Positions 15,821 through 23,881 of a stretch of DNA of 64,000 nt are shown here, in pieces. The notes under the pieces were generated by a model. The model saw nothing but the letters and a program-made list of their open reading frames with translations. It made no database searches and was not told where the DNA came from. Both the position numbers and the translations under genes were made by a program. This DNA is from a virus. Where the stretch lies: the IMG/VR virus record IMGVR_UViG_3300015259_000001; one strand, written 5' to 3'. Each line of letters begins with the position of its first letter. Within the stretch, counting starts at the first letter, position 1.

Positions 15821-17598
15821 TGTCTGAGCTTCTCACATCCTGTCCTTCGACCGGAGGTGGAGGGTTCTACGGACTTCTGGTTAAAGAATCCGAATCTGGA
15901 GGTTTCTCCCAATCTTCAGATGAGATAGTATTTGATTCGTCCTATTTCTATGTTTCCTCTTCTGGTAATAGTAAACCTCTCGTATCTCTAATAGATGGAG
16001 CATTAGATTCTAGATATGTAAATATAGATGGAGATACAATGACCGGCAACCTACTCCTTCCAGACGGAAGTATTTCAGCTCCCGCTCTGGCCTTCTCGGG
16101 GGATACCGGGATGGGGATTCGGAGGAGTGGCGGCGGATTTATATTTACGAATGATGGTGTGGATATCTTAACCATATCTGGATCTCCCACGTTTCTTGCA
16201 TCCGTCAACAATTTCAATGTTGGCGGGACTCTAACTGCCGGGGGGGTAATAACCGCTAATGGAGGCATCATTACTGGTGCCGGAGACACTATTACATTAG
16301 GATTAGGATCCCAGATATTGGGAGACTCTCCGGCTGTCGGTAATATTAATCCTACTTACGCCTTTGTTGACGATACCACTAGCGGAGTGTATTTAGATGA
16401 AGACCACGATGGAATAGGAATAGCTATCAGATCTGAGACAGAACTGGTAGTCAAAAGAGATGCTGTGTTAGTTAGGGGAGGATTTTATGCTGTTACCGTA
16501 GAAGTTCCTTCTAATGGTAGAATATACACGGGTGATGGTTCGGCAACTTTACCCAGTTATGCCTTTGCTTCTGACCCAACTTCAGGATTATGGAAAATAG
16601 GAAATAGTTTATTCTTTGGTACTCAAGGTGGAACTAATTTCGCATCTGTAGGTACTACAGGATTAACAGGTAGTGCCCTACAAGTAAGTGGTGCTTCTGG
16701 GGCCTCGGCAATAGTAGGCGGGTTAACTCTATCTACCGTCGGTGGTGGAAATTTAGTAATAGGAAGCTTTCTAGATTCTGATAGCCGTGTACAGATCAAT
16801 GATGGTACGGCTGCATCACCCGGTATTCAATTTAGAAATGATACCGATAATGGTATGTTCCGAATTGGAACTAATAAATTAGGGTTCTCTGCCGGTGGGG
16901 CTAAACAGGTTACTGTAACTAGACAAGCAGTAACCGTAGCAGGAGGGTTTTATTCTGCGACATTTGGAGAACCTCTATATGAACTAACGGTTCAGGAGAC
17001 TAATGGTGGAGACTCTTACGATGGTTTAGACTCTATAGAGTTTGAAGGTGCATTCTTTTATGTAACACCAAGTTCTTCATCTAAGAGAGCTATAGTAAAT
17101 TTCATACCTCCAGTAGTTAGAAAAGTCAATCCAGTTAGTGTTGCTAGCACAGCTACTAATATAGAGGTATTTAGACATACACTACCTGCTAATTTTCTTG
17201 AGTCCACAGGTGCCGTACGTACAAGGTTACTATGTAATTATCTCAATAATAGCGGTTCTAATAGAAATCTTACTGTAAGAATAACATTTGGATCAACAGT
17301 AATATTTGAAGACTTACTTGCAATTACAACTGGAGCAGCTACTAGAGCATTAATATTAGAGTTTACATTAGGCAATAGAGGAATCTCAAACTCACAAATA
17401 CTTGGTGGAACGATGTTATTATCTGGGGTAACTGCTCCGACAACTGGTATAGGTGGATTTGCCATAGGTGCTGGTGGTGCATTTACTGGAACCGCCAGTG
17501 AGGATACTACTCTATCTAAAGATATAATAATAGGTATAAGTAATAGTAGTACTGGTACTTTGTTTACTCTATTACACTCTACTGTAGAGAGGATTTAA
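15820..17598 (+). CDS. Tail fibre/spike protein
   Basis: G/S/T-rich; four copies of a DG(S/T)xxxPxxxFxxDxxxG repeat typical of phage fibres. Confidence 0.75.
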   Translation: MSELLTSCPSTGGGGFYGLLVKESESGGFSQSSDEIVFDSSYFYVSSSGNSKPLVSLIDGALDSRYVNIDGDTMTGNLLLPDGSISAPALAFSGDTGMGIRRSGGGFIFTNDGVDILTISGSPTFLASVNNFNVGGTLTAGGVITANGGIITGAGDTITLGLGSQILGDSPAVGNINPTYAFVDDTTSGVYLDEDHDGIGIAIRSETELVVKRDAVLVRGGFYAVTVEVPSNGRIYTGDGSATLPSYAFASDPTSGLWKIGNSLFFGTQGGTNFASVGTTGLTGSALQVSGASGASAIVGGLTLSTVGGGNLVIGSFLDSDSRVQINDGTAASPGIQFRNDTDNGMFRIGTNKLGFSAGGAKQVTVTRQAVTVAGGFYSATFGEPLYELTVQETNGGDSYDGLDSIEFEGAFFYVTPSSSSKRAIVNFIPPVVRKVNPVSVASTATNIEVFRHTLPANFLESTGAVRTRLLCNYLNNSGSNRNLTVRITFGSTVIFEDLLAITTGAATRALILEFTLGNRGISNSQILGGTMLLSGVTAPTTGIGGFAIGAGGAFTGTASEDTTLSKDIIIGISNSSTGTLFTLLHSTVERI

Positions 17599-17599
17599 T

Positions 17600-17863
17600 A
17601 TGCCTTTTTCTATAAGAATAAATGCTACGTTTGATAATGGATTTAATCCAGATACAAAGGCATGGACAATAAGTATCTCTAGTATAAGAGAAATATTAGA
17701 TAATGGTAATATAGTCGGTATTGTCAATCTAGCTAAAGCTACAGATAGTTTATCATTTAATGAACTATTAAATGTACTTCAATCAGAATTGATGGAATTT
17801 TCTAATAGATTAGAAAAAATTCCTGTCGATTTAAGTCGAACATCTTCATTGTCTTCCAAGTAA
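17600..17863 (+). CDS. Hypothetical protein (possible fibre chaperone)
   Basis: 87 aa directly after the fibre gene. Confidence 0.5.
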   Translation: MPFSIRINATFDNGFNPDTKAWTISISSIREILDNGNIVGIVNLAKATDSLSFNELLNVLQSELMEFSNRLEKIPVDLSRTSSLSSK

Positions 17864-17867
17864 AATT

Positions 17868-17876
17868 TGCTATAAT
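17868..17876 (+). promoter_or_regulatory. Extended -10 promoter TGCTATAAT for tRNA-Asn
   Basis: Consensus TGn-TATAAT 13 nt upstream of the tRNA. Confidence 0.7.
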
Positions 17877-17889
17877 ATCAACAGTTTAT

Positions 17890-17964
17890 TCCGTAGTAGC
17901 TCAATGGCGGAGCAGTGCTCTGTTAAAGCACGGGTTGTTGGTTCAAGTCCAGCCTACGGAGCCA
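17890..17964 (+). tRNA. tRNA-Asn (GTT), CCA encoded
   Basis: TCCGTAG/CTACGGA acceptor, GCTC/GAGC D-stem, GTGCT-CTGTTAA-AGCAC anticodon arm, TTCAAGT T-loop. Confidence 0.95.
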
Positions 17965-17980
17965 TTTAGAAAGGGAGAAA

Positions 17981-19009
17981 ATGGATATTCTAGTAACAGG
18001 GGCAGCCGGACTAGTAGGTTTTAACGCTTGTAAGTATTTCCAGCAGCAAGGTCATAACGTTTTAGGGATAGATAATCTAGAGAGATCTTCTCTTCTTGGA
18101 CACAAAGTATCTGAGGATAGGAAGCTATTTAATGTCCACGCTCTAGAACGCCTTGGGATCTCTTGTTTACGCTGGGACGTGTCGAATGCTGACATATGGG
18201 AAGATCTTCCGGCTATGGACGCTGTAGTGCATCTAGCAGGGCAATGCGGAGTACCTACCTCTATTGCTAACCCCCGCCGAGATTTCGAAATAAACACTAT
18301 TGGTACATTTAATGCTTTAGAGTTCGCTAGGACCTTTGGTGCTAGATTTGTATATGCCTCTACAAATAAGGTTTATCCGATCCATGGAGGATGGCATCTA
18401 GAGGATAGACGATGGCGGTGGACCAATCCCGGTAGGCATCAATCTGGCTTTCCTGTTATGGCTATGGATCAAAGCGGCAGAACGCCCTATGGAGCGTCCA
18501 AATACGCCGGGGACGTACTTGTACAGGAGTACGGTGATATCTTTGGCCTACGGACAGCCTGCTTCCGAATGAGTTGTATTTATGGTCAGAACCAGATGGG
18601 GTTCGAGGAACAAGGGTGGTTGACCCACTTTATTATATCTACCCTTAAGGGAGAACCTATTACAATATACGGAGACGGGATGCAAGTACGAGACTGTCTC
18701 TACGTAGATGATTTAATCAAAGCTTACGAAGCATTTTTAATCAATGATAAGATTAAATCTAATGTTTTTAATATCGGAGGTGGACCAGAATATACATTAT
18801 CTCTTCTAGAATGTATTGATCTTATCGAGAAGTATACGGGTAAGAAAAGTCCCATTAACTTTCAGGATTGGCGACCATCGGATCAAAGGGTATATACTTC
18901 ATCATTTTTTAAAGCAAAATTAGAATTAGGATGGCAACCGACAGTATCTCCAGAGGAAGGAATTAAAAAGGTTCTGGAATGGGTAGAGCCTAATATTAAC
19001 ATATTTTAG
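17981..19009 (+). CDS. NAD-dependent nucleotide-sugar epimerase, CDP-paratose/tyvelose 2-epimerase-like
   Basis: TGAAGLVG, HLAGQ, STNKVY, YGASK, FRMSCIYG, EEQGW. Confidence 0.85.
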   Translation: MDILVTGAAGLVGFNACKYFQQQGHNVLGIDNLERSSLLGHKVSEDRKLFNVHALERLGISCLRWDVSNADIWEDLPAMDAVVHLAGQCGVPTSIANPRRDFEINTIGTFNALEFARTFGARFVYASTNKVYPIHGGWHLEDRRWRWTNPGRHQSGFPVMAMDQSGRTPYGASKYAGDVLVQEYGDIFGLRTACFRMSCIYGQNQMGFEEQGWLTHFIISTLKGEPITIYGDGMQVRDCLYVDDLIKAYEAFLINDKIKSNVFNIGGGPEYTLSLLECIDLIEKYTGKKSPINFQDWRPSDQRVYTSSFFKAKLELGWQPTVSPEEGIKKVLEWVEPNINIF

Positions 19010-19010
19010 G

Positions 19011-19038
19011 TTGCAATCAGTTTGAAATATGCTATAAT
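19011..19038 (+). promoter_or_regulatory. Sigma70-like promoter TTGCAA-16-TATAAT with TG extension
   Basis: Read directly; no SD/ORF follows immediately. Confidence 0.7.
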
Positions 19039-19048
19039 TTATTTACTA

Positions 19049-19197
19049 GGTTCCTCCGGCAACGTCACTTTAAGACCGACGCCAAGACCCGTTAGTTGCC
19101 TATGTGCAGCTAATGGCGAGCAGGACGGCTAGCGCGCAAGTGACGTGGAGAACGGCCCTGAAGGGTGGCAAAGCTTCCCCCTTTGGGGCCGACTTTT
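19049..19197 (+). ncRNA. Candidate structured non-coding RNA (unassigned family)
   Basis: GC-rich island after a promoter; ACGTCACTT/AAGTGACGT perfect 9 bp, CCGTTAGTTGC/GCAGCTAATGG 11 bp, 3' GGCCC...GGGCC hairpin then TTTT. Confidence 0.6.
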
Positions 19198-19386
19198 ATG
19201 TATGAAATAACAAAACATAAACATAGATATCCTGAAAACTGCCGACATTGTCAGATTGGTTGGTGTAATCATACTTTTCATGGTTTTATATACGATGAAC
19301 ATGGATGTATAAGATGTATGAAAAAAACTAAAAAATGGTATACTATGAATAGAGGTATGAGATATGACAACAGAAATAATCACTAA
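19198..19386 (+). CDS. Possible small Cys/His-rich protein
   Basis: CRHCQIGWCNH...HGCIRC; no clear SD; overlaps the next promoter motif. Confidence 0.35.
   Translation: MYEITKHKHRYPENCRHCQIGWCNHTFHGFIYDEHGCIRCMKKTKKWYTMNRGMRYDNRNNH
19336..19346 (+). promoter_or_regulatory. Promoter motif TGGTATACTAT
   Basis: Upstream of SD AGAGGT and ORF 19364. Confidence 0.6.
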
Positions 19387-19552
19387 AGATGAACCCTGTC
19401 ATGATAGGAATTGGACTAGGGATGTTGAACCTTGGGATCAAGTAAATTGTCCTGAGATGGCAGCACATAAGGAGATGGAAGAGAGAACTGGAAATGGTTA
19501 TCATACCGTCCCCGCACCGGGCGAGCCGATTAATTACGATTACGAAAATTAA
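19364..19552 (+). CDS. Small acidic hypothetical protein
   Basis: 62 aa. Confidence 0.55.
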   Translation: MTTEIITKDEPCHDRNWTRDVEPWDQVNCPEMAAHKEMEERTGNGYHTVPAPGEPINYDYEN

Positions 19553-19563
19553 GGAGTACAGTA

Positions 19564-19755
19564 ATGTTTAATAGAATTTGGTTAGCTTTAGCTAGAAGTG
19601 TTGTTTTAACGGCTCTCAATATTGCTGCACAGAGCGTGTTAGAGTCTATTGATCACACAAACAAGATCTCTGAGGCTGAGAAAATAGCGGCTAGAGGGGC
19701 AGTTCTTCAGCTAGTACAAGAACTTGGTAAGGAATTAGGGATTCCAACCGCGTAA
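19564..19755 (+). CDS. Small helical protein with hydrophobic N-terminus
   Basis: 63 aa, SD AAGGAG. Confidence 0.6.
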   Translation: MFNRIWLALARSVVLTALNIAAQSVLESIDHTNKISEAEKIAARGAVLQLVQELGKELGIPTA

Positions 19756-19758
19756 ATT

Positions 19759-19771
19759 TGCTATACTATTA
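19759..19771 (+). promoter_or_regulatory. Promoter motif TGCTATACTATTA
   Basis: Intergenic; followed by a ~95-nt leader. Confidence 0.7.
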
Positions 19772-19867
19772 ATGGAAGCGGACTCTGATAAAGAGCCCGT
19801 ATAACACACCATAGCAGGATTATACCTCATTCCAGCGTGAACGGGGCATCCGATAAGGAAACAAAAA

Positions 19868-20245
19868 ATGTCTACTTCTGTAAGAGTAAGACGGCGCTGT
19901 TCGCTCCCGGGCGCTGGTTTTGATAGTGCTGGTAATGCCAGTCAGAGTAAGGAGCAGGTAGTTGGTAAACTCGTGGTTACTAACTATAATCGTGGTGGTG
20001 AGACTCTACGCCCTGTTGATTTAGGGCTAACGTCTCTTGACTACCTGTCGCTTCAGCTAGAGGAAGGTCTAGCCGAGGCAGCACACGGCGTTAGAAGCGT
20101 AGTATATTCGGTTTCTGCACAGCAATTCTACGTTTTCGTAGAGACAGGTGCAACCGAGCAGCAAGACGAAGTAGCAGCTACTTCAGACCCGGTTGTAAGC
20201 TTCCTCGCTGAGGGCGATGCAGTCCGAAGACCTGAGCTTCTCTAA
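19868..20245 (+). CDS. Putative capsid decoration/minor virion protein
   Basis: 125 aa beta-rich, YNRGGETLRPVDLGL; own promoter and terminator. Confidence 0.55.
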   Translation: MSTSVRVRRRCSLPGAGFDSAGNASQSKEQVVGKLVVTNYNRGGETLRPVDLGLTSLDYLSLQLEEGLAEAAHGVRSVVYSVSAQQFYVFVETGATEQQDEVAATSDPVVSFLAEGDAVRRPELL

Positions 20246-20309
20246 TATCACCCCCTAACCCTAACAGGTTAGGCCCCCTATAAGTTACGATTTATAGGAC
20301 AACTGAATA

Positions 20310-20352
20310 AAGACCCGGTAGAGGATCTCACGCCTCTACCGGGTTTTCTTTT
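20310..20352 (+). terminator. Intrinsic terminator
   Basis: CCCGGTAGAGG/CCTCTACCGGG 11-bp stem followed by TTTTCTTTT. Confidence 0.85.
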
Positions 20353-20356
20353 GAAT

Positions 20357-20491
20357 ATGACTTATACGTGTTCAGACTGTTTTCGCAAGTTCAATAAAGA
20401 CTTTGGTAAAGGAAGAAAACCAAAGCGTTGCGAAAATTGTCGTGAAAAGATTAAAGACAAGTGGCGTAAAAGCCACACTAAGGAGAAATAA
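20357..20491 (+). CDS. 44-aa zinc-ribbon basic microprotein
   Basis: Hand translation MTYTCSDCFRKFNKDFGKGRKPKRCENCREKIKDKWRKSHTKEK. Confidence 0.5.
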   Translation: MTYTCSDCFRKFNKDFGKGRKPKRCENCREKIKDKWRKSHTKEK

Positions 20492-20755
20492 ATGGCGGCA
20501 GTAACAACTTCAAATGGTCCTTTCGTACTAGCTCTCGGTCCAATCAAGCTAGAAGTAGCTCAGATTGCATCAGTAGATGACGCAGATACCTATTCCAGCA
20601 GAATTCAGAGACCTGTATTCGGTTGCTTTGTACCGAATAATGACTCGAACGCGGCAATTGAATCTGTAAACCTAGGGATAAGCGGTAAGACGATTACGTT
20701 TAATAACGACGCTCTTTCTGCACACGCTGGCGTATTGTTCCTATTCGGTTTCTAA
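20492..20755 (+). CDS. Small beta-rich virion protein
   Basis: 87 aa, SD AAGGAG. Confidence 0.6.
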   Translation: MAAVTTSNGPFVLALGPIKLEVAQIASVDDADTYSSRIQRPVFGCFVPNNDSNAAIESVNLGISGKTITFNNDALSAHAGVLFLFGF

Positions 20756-20777
20756 TCAATTAGGGGAGGAGATAGAA

Positions 20778-21470
20778 ATGGGATATCTACCACAGACGTT
20801 CCGTCCTAACGGACTACCTCATAAAGAATTTCGTCCCGGTGACGATCTTCCTGAAATGTTTCATTACCATCTCAAGGCACTAGACTACGATCTTTACTGT
20901 GTATGGCATCCATATAGGTGCCTTTGGGATGATGTAATGAATAAGTATTATGGCTCTCTTGAAGATCCACGATATCAAATTCAGGAATCATTCGGGCAAG
21001 AAGTATGGGGTTGGGCTGTAACTGATGGTAAAGGCGCACCAATTCTCGATGAGACTTGGCATGTTTGGCGTCTAAGTCAAGTAGGCTGGCATCATATTAT
21101 CCAGATAAAATCAAAGGAACCTCAATATTTAAATAGGGTTTTGGAGTCAATCTGGGAGCAAAAGCTAGTTGAAAAGTATGGTCGCAAAGCAATAATTCGC
21201 ATGAAAGAGGAACAGGCTGAAGCGGCTATGGAAAAGACAAACCAGCAAAAGACTCAAGCTTTCGAAGATCTCCAAAAGGAAAATAAATCTGCATTTCGAA
21301 AAGCAATGGAGAACTACGAAAGAGGATATATTGAAGCTACCGATCAAACTGTTGATATAATCACTAGTTATAGCGGGCAAGGTAATAGGTCAAGAATTAC
21401 TAGACCTAGTACCGATGAAGATGGCGGTATTGTAGGTTGGGACGGAAAAGCAATAAGTAAGGTTAAGTAA
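20778..21470 (+). CDS. Hypothetical protein upstream of the adaptor
   Basis: 230 aa, Trp-rich N-domain plus coiled coil. Confidence 0.65.
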   Translation: MGYLPQTFRPNGLPHKEFRPGDDLPEMFHYHLKALDYDLYCVWHPYRCLWDDVMNKYYGSLEDPRYQIQESFGQEVWGWAVTDGKGAPILDETWHVWRLSQVGWHHIIQIKSKEPQYLNRVLESIWEQKLVEKYGRKAIIRMKEEQAEAAMEKTNQQKTQAFEDLQKENKSAFRKAMENYERGYIEATDQTVDIITSYSGQGNRSRITRPSTDEDGGIVGWDGKAISKVK

Positions 21471-22150
21471 TGCCTAGAACATTTCAAAATCTAAAAGCTG
21501 GAGTAAGACGGTACACTAGAGAAGTAAACGCTGCCACATCTTATTGGTCTGATGCTTTCGTTAATCAATTATTTAATGCTTCGTACCGTAGACGATGTGC
21601 TCAGCTTATCATGGCATATGAAGGCTGGTTCGTATCTATTGCAACAAGAAATCTAGTTACGGATACGGCACAATATGCTTTCCCATCTGGTTTCCTAAGG
21701 TTGCAAAAGATTGAGCTTGTTAGATCCAACGGTAATACTGTTCCTCTCAAGCGATGGGAACGACATGAAGGTGTTAATCCTAATAATTCTTCTCTTGGTG
21801 ATCAGTATCACCCCTGTTATCGCCCACTTGGTAATGGGTTCATTTTAGAACCAACTCCTAAAGAATCGGTAACTGGCGGTATAAGAATAGAGTTTGCTGG
21901 TGTACCCGCAGAGCTTAGCGCAGATGGGGACACAATGCATACCAGTTTTCCAGAGATCTTTGAAGAGCTTATAGTTCTTGATACGGTTATTGCGTGCTTC
22001 GATGCGGAAGGTCAACAAGAATCAGGTCAGGTTCGATCTATTCTCCGGCTTAGGGCAGAGATGGAAGAGGATTGGACTAGATTCATTGACGCAAGAGTAA
22101 TAGCTAAACAGGAAATCCAACCCTTCAAGGGACACTACGAAGACGCCTAA
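21470..22150 (+). CDS. Head-tail adaptor (P22 gp4/T7 gp11-like)
   Basis: N-helix WSDAFVNQLFN, central beta-domain YAFPSGFLRL, ILEPTP, C-terminal helices; position. Confidence 0.7.
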   Translation: MPRTFQNLKAGVRRYTREVNAATSYWSDAFVNQLFNASYRRRCAQLIMAYEGWFVSIATRNLVTDTAQYAFPSGFLRLQKIELVRSNGNTVPLKRWERHEGVNPNNSSLGDQYHPCYRPLGNGFILEPTPKESVTGGIRIEFAGVPAELSADGDTMHTSFPEIFEELIVLDTVIACFDAEGQQESGQVRSILRLRAEMEEDWTRFIDARVIAKQEIQPFKGHYEDA

Positions 22151-22162
22151 TCAGGAGGCGTA

Positions 22163-23881
22163 ATGGCAGAATATAAAAGGGGATTTCCTAGCCAAGATAT
22201 TAGGTTACGAAATTGGCCTGCTGGACGGGTTGCTGCAATGCGGCTCATGGTTAGCAGGCTAGAGACCACCCTAAATGATACATTAGCGGCTCAGGTTCAC
22301 CAGAGCGCCGCTAGAATACTAAATACTGAAATACCCTTTATACTTGATCTAACGATTACAGCAGGGTTTAAGCAGTTTAAGGTAGACTTTACAGTCCCAC
22401 CCGGACTAGGAGGTACGTCGCGCGGCGCCTCTAAGCATCCGGATCGTCAACTTCTCTTCTATGAAATTCAACACTCCTCTACTAATGCATTTAGTGATCC
22501 TGTTATTCTTCAAACACCTCAAACAAGTACTCTAGTTTCAGGAGTTGCAGTCGGTCAAGTTCGGTTCTTCCGAGCACGGGTGATTAATACAAAGAATGAA
22601 GCTAGTCCATGGTCTGCTACGGTTAGAAGCCGAGCAGCCAGAGGACGGATTAGCGTCAATGCTATGGAAGTAGGAGATAAGTCTACTAGACTTGTAGCTG
22701 GAACAGGTCAATGGCAAACTATATTCTCTGAAGAATACGAAGCTGCCGAATCAGCTATAAGCGCTATGACCCATATAGCGGTAGGCGCTGTGCAGGAAGA
22801 TGTGGGATTTTATGCAGGTGGTCCTGCTCATGTACAATTTCGTTGGCTCATAGATATAAATAATACTACAGAATTTCGAGAGATTGAAGGCGGCAGCCGG
22901 TGTGTTATGTCCGCAGTTCCCGGCAGTACTATAACTAAAAGGGGTAAAGCCCCGATGGCTTTTGGTAGTTTTATGACCCCATTCCTTAATGCACCCGGTA
23001 CAGGCGTGGTAGGAATAAGACTTCAGGCAGCTAAACGTCCCGGTACCGAATGGAGTCCCGGAGGCGCGGTAGATACATCACTTGATCTTTCTATAGATAG
23101 CGGAAACTATGCTTCTTCTAGTTCTCTAACCCACTGGTGGAGATTAGGAAGTAATAGTTCCGATATAGGTAAAGATTATATTGGTTCTATTGATATGGAT
23201 CAAAATGCGCAGAATATAGGTGCGGGAGATATATTTACTACACCGCCTATAGATGGACCGTATGTAGATTTTGATGGTATTTCTGAATTTTTAGCCAATA
23301 CATCAGATAATATTTATGGGCTAGGTGCTTCTGGGTCTATCTCGTTATGGTGTAGAGTAGATGGTGGACTTGGACTAACTACAGTTATAGTGGACTTTAA
23401 TGTTGGTACTACTCAAAGTAATAGATGGTTAATCTTTAAGCCTGCTACTGATTTGTTATCCTTTAGATCCGCAAACGCTGCCGGGACGGCTAATGAGACC
23501 GCTAGCGGTACTACTGTAGTAGCTGGTGATTTAGGTAAAACATGGTTTCATATAGCGGTAACTAAGACTGGTACAACGTCTCAAACTATATATATTAATG
23601 GGGTAGCTACCGCAGATGCAGTAGGTGGAGTAGTAACTTCTGATGCATCTAGAAGAGCAGTATTTGCAGCTAATACTACTAACTTAACAGCAAATAGGTT
23701 TAATGGAGCTATTCATTCAGTTGCAACATGGAGTACAGTATTAACTGCTGCTGAGGTTACTGAGATATTTAATGCCGGTCATGGAGCAACAATAACAGTA
23801 CAAGAGGCTGATCCTATTATCTTTATTAGAAATAATAAAGTATTAGAAGTAATACAGGACTTCGATAGCAATGCCGTATAA
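22163..23881 (+). CDS. Tail protein with FN3-like domain and inserted LamG/concanavalin domain
   Basis: FYEIQHS...FFRARVIN...SPWS; WFHIAVT...IYING...FNGAIHSVATWSTVLTAAEV. Confidence 0.7.
   Translation: MAEYKRGFPSQDIRLRNWPAGRVAAMRLMVSRLETTLNDTLAAQVHQSAARILNTEIPFILDLTITAGFKQFKVDFTVPPGLGGTSRGASKHPDRQLLFYEIQHSSTNAFSDPVILQTPQTSTLVSGVAVGQVRFFRARVINTKNEASPWSATVRSRAARGRISVNAMEVGDKSTRLVAGTGQWQTIFSEEYEAAESAISAMTHIAVGAVQEDVGFYAGGPAHVQFRWLIDINNTTEFREIEGGSRCVMSAVPGSTITKRGKAPMAFGSFMTPFLNAPGTGVVGIRLQAAKRPGTEWSPGGAVDTSLDLSIDSGNYASSSSLTHWWRLGSNSSDIGKDYIGSIDMDQNAQNIGAGDIFTTPPIDGPYVDFDGISEFLANTSDNIYGLGASGSISLWCRVDGGLGLTTVIVDFNVGTTQSNRWLIFKPATDLLSFRSANAAGTANETASGTTVVAGDLGKTWFHIAVTKTGTTSQTIYINGVATADAVGGVVTSDASRRAVFAANTTNLTANRFNGAIHSVATWSTVLTAAEVTEIFNAGHGATITVQEADPIIFIRNNKVLEVIQDFDSNAV

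Noticed and set aside
19080-19125. SRP RNA identity for the ncRNA (CAAG/AGCAG resemblance)
   Set aside because: It lacks the GNRA tetraloop and the conserved CAGG, and the apical helix is too long
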